Shown here piece by piece: positions 56,885 to 64,000 of a stretch of DNA of 64,000 nucleotides. The notes beneath the pieces were generated by a model. That model did not search any database, was not told the origin of the DNA, and saw only the letters and a list, made by a program, of their open reading frames with translations. Where the stretch lies: assembly GCA_020831715.1 (NCBI GenBank), contig JAFIGA010000189.1, positions 11,853 through 75,852 on the forward strand, read 5' to 3'. Source of the stretch: Leptospira sp. Its GTDB lineage: Bacteria > Spirochaetota > Leptospiria > Leptospirales > Leptospiraceae. The first letter of the stretch is position 1; each line of letters opens with the position of its first letter. The translations under genes and the position numbers were made by a program.

Positions 56885-58080
56885 GTTGATTCAATAAAGC
56901 CAAGTATTTTCTCGCGAATTATTTCTTTAGAAAAATTTATTTTTACATACAAATTTCCATTATGTCCCATTTTTTTGGCAAAATTAATATTGTCTAACAT
57001 CATATCCATACAGATCGAAAAACTCTTTTGATCTGTATAATACAGACCTCCATTACTCCTCTGGCAATGCCCCTTCAATACAAGGGATTTACTATTCACT
57101 AAAACGGGAACGGATTGTGCCCAGGATTCCATGAGAACTATAGAAAAACTTTCCAATGAAGAAGGATTTATTAATAACCTCGCATGCTTGATTAATTTTT
57201 CCTTTTCATTCTCATCTACATAACCCAAGAATTGTACCCATTGAGACTCATATTGCTTCATAATTGAAGGAGGATTATTACCAATAATTTTAAGTGGTAT
57301 CGGATTCTCAGTTTTTTCCAACCATCCAAAATAGAGTTCTATTAACTCTGAAAATCCTTTCCCAAGATCCATTCTCCCCACACTCAACGTATACTCTTCA
57401 CTAACGCTCAATGTTTTTAATTGATCTTCTTCCGAATCTTCTTGCTTACCTTCCTCTAATTGTTGATCCAATGCAACATAGGTTCCGATTACTGCCTTAT
57501 TCTTTGGAGTATATCCAAAGATGTGTTCAAATAACTCCAATTCTTCAGGTGAATTGAAGGCATAGTATTTCTCCGGAGTAAATACATCCTTATAAATGGA
57601 AAAGTAAGCGGGAAGTTCATCATGAAACATAGGTATGATGATTGATTTTGTCTTGGTAACTGAAAGTCCCAAAACAGTGGGGTAATAGAGATACGAAAAA
57701 AATAGAAATAAATCAGTATCTGATTCTGCATTTTTTATGGCTTCTATTAATTTAGGCGAATAGGGACCTTGCTGTATGAGCCACTCAGTCTCACTCGCTT
57801 GAGTTTGATTGGGAAAAGCTTCTCTCAAAGTATCTGTAAATAGATTGAAAGTTTTTAGGTTACGTTTTCTTTCCACAGGAAACCTATGAATTGAGATATT
57901 TTTCCAAGTTTCCACTCCGGATTTAAATTCATTTTTCCAAGTAATATAATCTTTTGCCGTAGTTGTGAGCACTTCTATATTCCAATGCTTTGGAAGTATC
58001 TGCAAAATGTCCTGACAATGCTTTTCGGCTCCACCTGTGACATTTTCACCAAATCTACTAATTACCGCTTTAACTCTCAA
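56869..58080 (-). CDS. glycosyltransferase family 4 (GT-B)
   Basis: N-terminal GGAEKH, and a C-terminal sugar-nucleotide binding region SSLESFSIVLMESWAQSVPVLVN (E-x7-E-like). Confidence 0.75.
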   Translation of the reverse strand: MRVKAVISRFGENVTGGAEKHCQDILQILPKHWNIEVLTTTAKDYITWKNEFKSGVETWKNISIHRFPVERKRNLKTFNLFTDTLREAFPNQTQASETEWLIQQGPYSPKLIEAIKNAESDTDLFLFFSYLYYPTVLGLSVTKTKSIIIPMFHDELPAYFSIYKDVFTPEKYYAFNSPEELELFEHIFGYTPKNKAVIGTYVALDQQLEEGKQEDSEEDQLKTLSVSEEYTLSVGRMDLGKGFSELIELYFGWLEKTENPIPLKIIGNNPPSIMKQYESQWVQFLGYVDENEKEKLIKHARLLINPSSLESFSIVLMESWAQSVPVLVNSKSLVLKGHCQRSNGGLYYTDQKSFSICMDMMLDNINFAKKMGHNGNLYVKINFSKEIIREKILGFIESTQVNS

Positions 58081-59131
58081 TGTCTTGAATTGCCCTAACG
58101 AGTATTTCTTCTTGATGAGACCGATTGAATTCGGTCAGTCTTTGATTTTGCTTCATTAATATAGATTGACGAAACTCATCATTGCTTAGAATTTCTTCTA
58201 TGGTCGAACATAATAGTGGAAAATCCTTTTGTTTAAATAAAATCCCTGCTCTATCCATAGTATCCGCTACTGCCCCTGCATCATAAGCTAGCACAGGTAT
58301 CTGAAAATACATAGCCTCCAACAAGGGAACACAAAATCCTTCATGCTCACTCATGGATAAAAATATATCAGCCTCACGATAATATCCATTCAATTCTTTT
58401 TGAGTCACATACCCTGATAAGTGAATATGTTCTTCCAAATCATAAAAGCGAGTAAGTTTTTCTAGTTCTTCCAAATAATTTTTGGAAGCGGGGGAAGCGT
58501 ATCCCACAAGTTGAATCTGAAAATCACTCCTAAAAAACTTTCTATAAACCTCGGCAAACCTTATTAAATCATCCTGTTTCTTATTGGGCGAAATTCTACC
58601 GATAAAAACAATTTTAATTCCGGAAAATGGATTTCTAACAACATATTCACTATCCAAATTCGTAAAATCATAGAGAATTGGCAGAACAGATACTTTTTGA
58701 TATCCCATATCCAAAAGCTCTTGTCTGTTAAACTCGCTATCCGCCAGACAAAAGGCAAATTTATCCCTCAGAGGTATCAATTCATTTTTGCCCTGAGAAA
58801 GCAGATAACTAAACTGAAGATCATAGGGCTCAAAAAAATGTGATGGTGTTACATTATGATAGATAAGAATTTTCTTACAAGGTTGTTTCAAGACCCAATC
58901 CAAAACGTTGGAATGAATCGAATGGTGGTATACGATAACATCAAATTTTTCAGGCTTATAGCGATTGTATTTATGAGCAATTTTCTTTACAGCAGAGCCA
59001 ATATGTTCTGCAAAAATCTCCGAATTAAATCCTATTCTCTTAAAATATTTATCAAAGGCTATCATTTCCTGAGATATTGCATCGCCCGGATGAAACCCGG
59101 TGGAAAATTGACAGACTCGAAGCTTATTCAT
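58070..59131 (-). CDS. glycosyltransferase family 4 (GT-B), paralog A
   Basis: MSEHEGFCVPLLEAMYFQIPVLAYDAGAVADTM and YHNVTPSHFF, shared with the next gene. Confidence 0.75.
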   Translation of the reverse strand: MNKLRVCQFSTGFHPGDAISQEMIAFDKYFKRIGFNSEIFAEHIGSAVKKIAHKYNRYKPEKFDVIVYHHSIHSNVLDWVLKQPCKKILIYHNVTPSHFFEPYDLQFSYLLSQGKNELIPLRDKFAFCLADSEFNRQELLDMGYQKVSVLPILYDFTNLDSEYVVRNPFSGIKIVFIGRISPNKKQDDLIRFAEVYRKFFRSDFQIQLVGYASPASKNYLEELEKLTRFYDLEEHIHLSGYVTQKELNGYYREADIFLSMSEHEGFCVPLLEAMYFQIPVLAYDAGAVADTMDRAGILFKQKDFPLLCSTIEEILSNDEFRQSILMKQNQRLTEFNRSHQEEILVRAIQDIES

Positions 59132-59134
59132 AAT

Positions 59135-60241
59135 CTATATTTTCCCTGTTAAATAATTACTATGATTTTGTTTCTTATTTAGAAAAATTCGAACTAATTC
59201 TTCCGTCCAAGGAAAATTTATATAGTATTCCAGCGCTTCTTTTTGTTTAGCTAGAATTTTTTTCTGTAATTCCACATCTTCTTTTAAAAACAGTATAAGT
59301 TCGGCTAATTTAGAATAATTCTTTTGGGTAAATAGTATTCCTCCCTCCTTCATTGTTTCGGCAATTGCTGATGATTCATAGGCAATGACAGGAACACCTG
59401 CTTCCATCGCTTCTATTAAAGGTATACCAAAACCTTCATGCTCACTCATACAGAGAAAAAAATCCGATTCCGAAAGTATTCGATATTTTTCTGATTCATC
59501 CACTCCTAAATGAAATTTTACATTTGCCTTTAAACCGAAATCATCTACCATTTTCTTTAAAAATAAATAATAGTCATCTATACCGGACACGGGATTTCCC
59601 ACTAAATTTAGATATGAATTGGGAAAGATATTCTTTAAAACCAATAACAATCGAAGTAAATCTTCAATTTTTTTATTGGGAACGAACCTACTAACATATA
59701 CTAATCGAATCGATTTCAAATCCTTCTTTCTTCCTGACTCTAGATTCTTTTTCGGATTCGAAGGTGAAATATAACTCCTCATAATAGGAACAGTTACTGA
59801 AGAAATATTTGACCATTGATGAAGTGTTTCTGCATTATAATCGGAATCACATAAGCTGAGTTCGATCCGATTTTCCATACTATTCAACTCTAAGATTGTT
59901 TTTCGATAAAACTTTTCCATAGAGAGATATACTCCCGGATTCCCTCCTTGGAAAAAGTGGGAAGGTGTAATATTATGAAAGCGTAAGAACTTACGACCTT
60001 TCTTCTCCATGAAAAAATCCAAAGGATAACCCGATCCTCCATAGTGCAAAATATGTATATTCTCTTTAGATTCTTTAATTGGTGACTGAAAACCAAGTAT
60101 TGCTTTTTCTTGAGATCGATTATTTCTTGTTATTATATGATTTTCAATTTTTTGTAAGTTGAAAAATTCACGAAAACCCCTTGTATCGTTACCCATTCCA
60201 TCATAAGGGTGGTATTCGTCTATGTGCTGATAAACAATCAT
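59135..60241 (-). CDS. glycosyltransferase family 4 (GT-B), paralog B
   Basis: MSEHEGFGIPLIEAMEAGVPVIAYESSAIAETM and FHNITPSHFF. The ATG overlaps the upstream stop (ATGA). Confidence 0.75.
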   Translation of the reverse strand: MIVYQHIDEYHPYDGMGNDTRGFREFFNLQKIENHIITRNNRSQEKAILGFQSPIKESKENIHILHYGGSGYPLDFFMEKKGRKFLRFHNITPSHFFQGGNPGVYLSMEKFYRKTILELNSMENRIELSLCDSDYNAETLHQWSNISSVTVPIMRSYISPSNPKKNLESGRKKDLKSIRLVYVSRFVPNKKIEDLLRLLLVLKNIFPNSYLNLVGNPVSGIDDYYLFLKKMVDDFGLKANVKFHLGVDESEKYRILSESDFFLCMSEHEGFGIPLIEAMEAGVPVIAYESSAIAETMKEGGILFTQKNYSKLAELILFLKEDVELQKKILAKQKEALEYYINFPWTEELVRIFLNKKQNHSNYLTGKI

Positions 60242-61251
60242 GAAGGGTAATGGGTAAAGCTTATATTAATCCATCCCCATTGATTTTTATCATGCAGAAA
60301 AATATTCTTGTATCCTATCGTTTGTAAATAATTCACTATATCTTTAGTTTCAATTCTAAGGGGTAAATTATCTTGAAAAGGACTCAATACAGATTGAGTT
60401 CCTTCCCTAAAACGAATGATAAATCGTGTTTCTTGTTCCAAATTTTTCCAAGATCTCAATAACCCTTCCCAATAAGATGATGAAAACAAACAAGCATTCG
60501 CATGAAAAAGAACCGAAGGATTCGGATTGATCCTATCGTTGGTCGTAACAAATTCAGTTATCGTCCTTCTAATTAGATTTACATCTTCTTCAAAAGGAGT
60601 AATCACTCTATATTTAAGATTTTGCGAATTGCAGTATTCCAAGAAACTAAGACTCGAAGGATAATAGATTATCACAGGTTGAACATCTTTTACCAATCCC
60701 AAAAGTTCTTCACTTTCAGGAGGAACATCCGATTCAAAATCAACTCGAATAGAAAGGGGGGAATATAGCGTAGTAGGACTCATTCCCAGAGAAGCCTGGT
60801 ATCTAGTTTCGGAATACTCCCGATAAAATTCTTCCATTTTTTGCGAAAGCATATCTTGTTTCTTTCGTAGTATAACTATTTCATGCAAAACTTGAAAAAA
60901 CGCTCGCACTCTATTTTCGGAAAGCTTTTTATCTAACAGTGAATAGAAGTCCACAACTTTGGTGAGCAACCAACGAAGCGGTCCTCGAAGAAACCACAGC
61001 TTAGGGTTGGTGAATTTAGGCGTTGATATCCCTTTTTCAAATAAATTAGCCGTATGACTTGGGTCGAATTCCCGATGCTTAGCGCCCTCAAAGGGAGAAA
61101 AACGTATTTTTGAAATTCTTTCCACATCTTCTTTGGAAATATTCCGATCCTTCAGCCTGGATTCAATAGATTCCATGATTTCCGTAACATTGATGTCCGG
61201 ATCATAGACGCGTAGGAAGGATTGAGATTCTGTTTTTTCTATAGAAGACAC
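60238..61251 (-). CDS. hypothetical protein, first gene of glycosyltransferase operon
   Basis: The N-terminal segment (DINVTEIMESIESRLKDRNISKEDVERISK .. LWFLRGPLRWLL .. coiled region) resembles leader regions seen in front of methyltransferase domains in glycan loci, but no GxGxG SAM motif is visible. Confidence 0.4.
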   Translation of the reverse strand: MSSIEKTESQSFLRVYDPDINVTEIMESIESRLKDRNISKEDVERISKIRFSPFEGAKHREFDPSHTANLFEKGISTPKFTNPKLWFLRGPLRWLLTKVVDFYSLLDKKLSENRVRAFFQVLHEIVILRKKQDMLSQKMEEFYREYSETRYQASLGMSPTTLYSPLSIRVDFESDVPPESEELLGLVKDVQPVIIYYPSSLSFLEYCNSQNLKYRVITPFEEDVNLIRRTITEFVTTNDRINPNPSVLFHANACLFSSSYWEGLLRSWKNLEQETRFIIRFREGTQSVLSPFQDNLPLRIETKDIVNYLQTIGYKNIFLHDKNQWGWINISFTHYPS

Positions 61252-61316
61252 GGGAAAATACGCTACTTTACTTTTCTTTTGAGGATTTTATATTTGACCA
61301 TAATGGCAAGAAAAAC

Positions 61317-62279
61317 TTGGAGCACGATTTGAAAAAATGCCTAATTACAGGGATTGCCGGATTTGTAGGCAATTATTTAAGAGAAGAAGTTCTTCGTCAG
61401 GATAGAACCATAGAATTGCATGGCGTGCAACGCTCCGGCGAGAGAATTCGGGACAAAAAAGTGGCAAAATCCTTTCATTCCCATGAATTGGATATTCGCG
61501 ATTCCATGACTGTTTCCAACCTCATCGAAAAAATCCAACCGGATGTGGTCTATCATTTGGCGGCACAGCCTTTCGTTCCCAAAGCAATTCTCGATCCTTG
61601 GGGAACCTTGGATATAAACGTAAAAGGAACTCTCAATATTTTGGAAGCTCTCCGAAAAGTAGGAAAGCATGTAAGGATGGTTTATGTCTCTTCTGCTGAT
61701 GTCTATGGAAAACAAGACCCCAAAAACATGCCCCTCCGTGAAGATACTATCCCCAACCCGGTCAATCCCTATTCAGCTAGCAAGCTCTCTGCGGAAACCT
61801 ACTGTCGACAGTTCACAGCTTATGCTCAAAATATCGAAGTTATGATTGCAAGACCATTCAACCACATAGGCGTCGGACAGCGACTGGAATTTGTTGTTCC
61901 TAATTTCTGCTCACAAATTGCAAGCTCCATAAAAAATAACGAATCCACTATGATGGTTGGCGATCTCAGCTCCACCCGAGACTTTTTGGATGTCCAAGAT
62001 GTAGTTCGTGCCTACACTTACCTAGCCCAATCGGGGTTACCCGGAGAAGTTTACAACATCTGCTCAGGGCAAGAAATTTCCATACAAGACGTTCTTGAAA
62101 AAATAATTAAAATAGCGAATGCGAATGTTACAGTGAAGATTGATCCGGAAAGAATCCGACCGGTTGAGACACCTCGATTGTTCGGCGATAATCATAAACT
62201 AAACAAATTAGGTTGGAAGCCGGAAATAACTCTCGATGCCTCCCTATCGAAGATCTACTCGTGGATCAATAGCCTCTGA
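61317..62279 (+). CDS. NAD-dependent epimerase/dehydratase, GDP-6-deoxy-D-mannose reductase (Rmd)/GDP-mannose dehydratase-like
   Basis: ITGIAGFVGNYL Rossmann motif, YSASKLSAE (YxxxK), RPFNHIGVGQ, MVGDLSSTRDFLDVQDVV and NICSG. Architecture is colinear with Rmd-type SDRs. TTG start. Confidence 0.75.
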   Translation: MEHDLKKCLITGIAGFVGNYLREEVLRQDRTIELHGVQRSGERIRDKKVAKSFHSHELDIRDSMTVSNLIEKIQPDVVYHLAAQPFVPKAILDPWGTLDINVKGTLNILEALRKVGKHVRMVYVSSADVYGKQDPKNMPLREDTIPNPVNPYSASKLSAETYCRQFTAYAQNIEVMIARPFNHIGVGQRLEFVVPNFCSQIASSIKNNESTMMVGDLSSTRDFLDVQDVVRAYTYLAQSGLPGEVYNICSGQEISIQDVLEKIIKIANANVTVKIDPERIRPVETPRLFGDNHKLNKLGWKPEITLDASLSKIYSWINSL

Positions 62280-62482
62280 TCTTCCATGCCCGTGGCAAAT
62301 TGCAGTCCTCGAATTCCCCTCTCCAATAGCCTACCATCAATATGTATAATATTATAGGTCTTGCCCTCTTGCTCCAATCGGTCCAGGTTTTTTTCCTCTT
62401 CCAAACCATTCAAAAGCTGGGTACCAAATTTTTGGATTTTACTCTGTATCTTGTGGAGAACATCAGGTTCTTTTCTACTCAA
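62255..62482 (-). CDS. hypothetical small protein (75 aa)
   Basis: TTG start preceded by a perfect AGGAGG (complement of 62492-62497) with a 9-nt spacer. It overlaps the 3' end of the convergent SDR gene by 25 nt. No family recognised. Confidence 0.4.
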   Translation of the reverse strand: MSRKEPDVLHKIQSKIQKFGTQLLNGLEEEKNLDRLEQEGKTYNIIHIDGRLLERGIRGLQFATGMEDQRLLIHE

Positions 62483-62618
62483 GGCTTCTTTCCTCCTAAT
62501 AGAATCATCGAGTACGAATTCATATTTCTAAACTCTAAAAACTAGGGATTTTTGGTCAAGTAAAGAGACATAATTTTTACCATTATTTTCATATTTTTTA
62601 AAAGTTCCCAAATATCCG

Positions 62619-62725
62619 GAAAACTAACCGTAATCCCACCTCTGCGAGAAACTACGGGACACTCATCCTCGACTCGGTGGCCAGCTCGGGACGCCAAAAG
62701 TCTGCGGTGAGTGCCCCTTCGCTAC
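62619..62725 (+). repeat. GC-rich modular repeat, copy A
   Basis: Starts gaaaactaaccgtaatcccacctctgcg and ends ..cttcgctac. The same termini occur in copy B, 35 nt downstream. Confidence 0.8.
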
Positions 62726-62760
62726 ATATACATATAAAATAAAAATCTCCTAAATTACTA

Positions 62761-62878
62761 GAAAACTAACCCTAATCCCACCTCTGCGCCCTCCGCGTGC
62801 TCTGCGATGGCTACGTAGTTCCCTTCCTCGGGACCCGACTTCGCGGAAAATCCCTGCGGAAGGAAACCACTCCGCTAC
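62761..62878 (+). repeat. GC-rich modular repeat, copy B, flanked by direct repeats
   Basis: gaaaactaaccctaatcccacctctgcgccctccgcgtgctctgcga .. ttcccttcctcgggacccgacttcgcgg .. ggaaggaaaccactccgctac. AATTACTA occurs immediately 5' (62753-62760) and 3' (62879-62886). Confidence 0.8.
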
Positions 62879-62912
62879 AATTACTAGTATTTTAAATTTA
62901 TCTAAATAACTT

Positions 62913-62967
62913 AAAACCAATCCTTCTTCCTCTCCGCGTGCTCGGCGTGAGACTTCTTCCTTCTCCC
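62913..62967 (+). repeat. degenerate partial copy (D) of the GC-rich repeat
   Basis: aaaaccaatccttcttcctctccgcgtgctcggcgtgagacttcttccttctccc shares the aaaac-aa-tcc head and the ccgcgtgctc-gcg core. Confidence 0.55.
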
Positions 62968-63010
62968 TTAACCATTGATTGACATACAAGCACTGAAATC
63001 TAGATTATCC

Positions 63011-63946
63011 ATGATGAGCAATTTGCCAGAAGTCCAAATCAATCTATTCAAGAAATCCAATCCCTTAAAAGCCAAGGTGCTGAAAAACATAAAACTCACA
63101 CCGGAAAAGGGATCAGCGAAACGCCCCGTCCAAGAAGGTGAGACCGACATTCACAGAATCATACTCTCCGTAGATCACAATGTCTACCCATACATTGTCG
63201 GACAATCCGCAGGTGTGATACCACCGGGCGATGACCCTAAAAAAGTGGAAAAAGGCAGTGCCGACACAGCCTACACTGTTCGACTCTACTCCATAGCCTC
63301 CCCCACATTTTCCTTTGGACAATCCAAGAACACTTTAGAATTTATCATCAAAAGAGACAATATCTACGACGAAACAGGCTCGCTTCTCCATACGGGCGTC
63401 TGCTCCAATTATATCTGTGATCTCCAAGAAGGCGAAGAAGTAATTCTCACAGGCCCTGCGGGCAAAAAGTTCCTCCTTCCACGTGAAGATTTCACAGGCG
63501 ATATCTACTTCCTGGCAACCGGCACAGGAGTGGCACCCTTCTTCGGAATGACAGAAGAATTATTGGAACAAAAGCTCATCCGTTTCCAAGGAAATCTTAC
63601 ACTCATATACGGAGCACCCTATTCAGACGAGATAGTCCTTCGAGAGTATTTCCAAGAGATGGAAAGAAAGCACAATAATTTCCGATTTATAGAAGCTGTT
63701 AGCCGAGAACAGAAAAATTCTTTCGATGGGGGCAAAATGTACATTTCCCACAGACTTCGTGAAGAAGGAGGCAAAATTCCCCAAGCCCTCAACAACAATG
63801 GCAAATTCTTCATCTGCGGTGGACCCAAAGGAATGGAAAAAGGAATCATAGAAGTGCTGATGGATTTTGCAAAAACCGATCTACCCTACGAAGAATTCAA
63901 AAAGGATTTAGAAAAGAAAGACCAGCTTCTTGTAGAAACATATTGA
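63011..63946 (+). CDS. plastidic-type ferredoxin-NADP+ reductase
   Basis: FAD motif [25 protein letters not shown] motif [22 protein letters not shown] and a C-terminal ..VETY with terminal Tyr. ATG at 63011 is preferred over the TTG at 62975. Confidence 0.9.
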   Translation: MMSNLPEVQINLFKKSNPLKAKVLKNIKLTPEKGSAKRPVQEGETDIHRIILSVDHNVYPYIVGQSAGVIPPGDDPKKVEKGSADTAYTVRLYSIASPTFSFGQSKNTLEFIIKRDNIYDETGSLLHTGVCSNYICDLQEGEEVILTGPAGKKFLLPREDFTGDIYFLATGTGVAPFFGMTEELLEQKLIRFQGNLTLIYGAPYSDEIVLREYFQEMERKHNNFRFIEAVSREQKNSFDGGKMYISHRLREEGGKIPQALNNNGKFFICGGPKGMEKGIIEVLMDFAKTDLPYEEFKKDLEKKDQLLVETY

Positions 63947-63990
63947 TAGAAAACCATCCTTTATCTAAAATAAACAAAAGAGGGTAAACC

Positions 63991-64000
63991 ATGAGTAAAG
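63991..64000 (+). CDS. start of an unidentified gene (cut by window end)
   Basis: ATG at 63991 preceded by AAGAGGG with about a 6-nt spacer. Only 3 codons are visible. Confidence 0.25.

Noticed and set aside
62619-62967. Possible CRISPR array or structured ncRNA gene (for example SRP RNA, because of the GGAAGGAA string)
   Set aside because: The units are over 100 nt, diverged, only 2-3 in number, and have no regular short spacers, so this is not CRISPR. The GGAAGGAA string occurs in only one copy, and the family also occurs at 31.9 kb, which argues for a dispersed repeat rather than a unique RNA gene.
62750-63150. ORFs 62750-62989 and 62968-63150 on the minus strand (Arg/Gly-rich peptides)
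   Set aside because: The first is a translation of the GC-rich repeats; the same EVGSRGR string arises from the copy at 31.9 kb. The second lies antisense to the 5' end of the FNR gene.
1-64000. Search for tRNA, rRNA, tmRNA, RNase P, riboswitch leaders, transposases, phage genes and known defence-system enzymes
   Set aside because: Intergenic spaces are mostly under 150 nt. None shows cloverleaf-like or known conserved RNA strings that I can recognise by eye. No ORF shows transposase, terminase, restriction, Cas or STAND-ATPase motifs. This is absence of evidence from manual reading only.

Overview
AT-rich, densely coding chromosomal segment with about 60 protein genes. I found no rRNA, tRNA, CRISPR array, transposase or prophage. 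The gene content fits a spirochaete of the Leptospira type: a plastidic-type ferredoxin-NADP reductase, many PAS histidine kinases, an RsbU-like PP2C phosphatase with a STAS partner-switch component, loose lipoboxes and a TonB-dependent receptor. That assignment is inference. All function calls come from motif recognition by eye; no database search was run. Housekeeping genes recognised: cysE, add, purB, fabG, ligA, metF, birA, coaX, a DegT-type aminotransferase, an IMPase-family gene and sanA. Blocks most worth a second look: (1) a divergent membrane cluster at 3.9-8.8 kb with two paralogous UbiA/MenA-type prenyltransferases, an ABC-2 exporter and a fused lycopene-cyclase-domain protein, but no carotenoid backbone genes; (2) a three-gene operon at 16.8-23.8 kb encoding a HAMP-PP2C-TPR phosphatase, a periplasmic binding protein with TPRs and a TonB-dependent receptor with an unusual N-terminal extension; (3) an orphan kaiB directly upstream of a PAS hybrid kinase, with no kaiC in the window; (4) a potFGHI-like importer facing a TetR-controlled aldehyde dehydrogenase / GabT / aldehyde dehydrogenase operon, with a perfect 16-bp palindrome between them; (5) an AT-rich islet carrying vapBC and a lipoprotein with a metzincin motif; (6) a catalytically degenerate integrase-like gene heading a STAS / GT-C / SGNH operon; (7) a family of GC-rich modular repeats at 62.6-63.0 kb and 31.9 kb, one copy flanked by 8-9 bp direct repeats. 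Several ORF-track starts look over-extended and were trimmed where a neighbouring gene or a Shine-Dalgarno sequence argued for it. No single obvious novel defence system or mobile system was seen.
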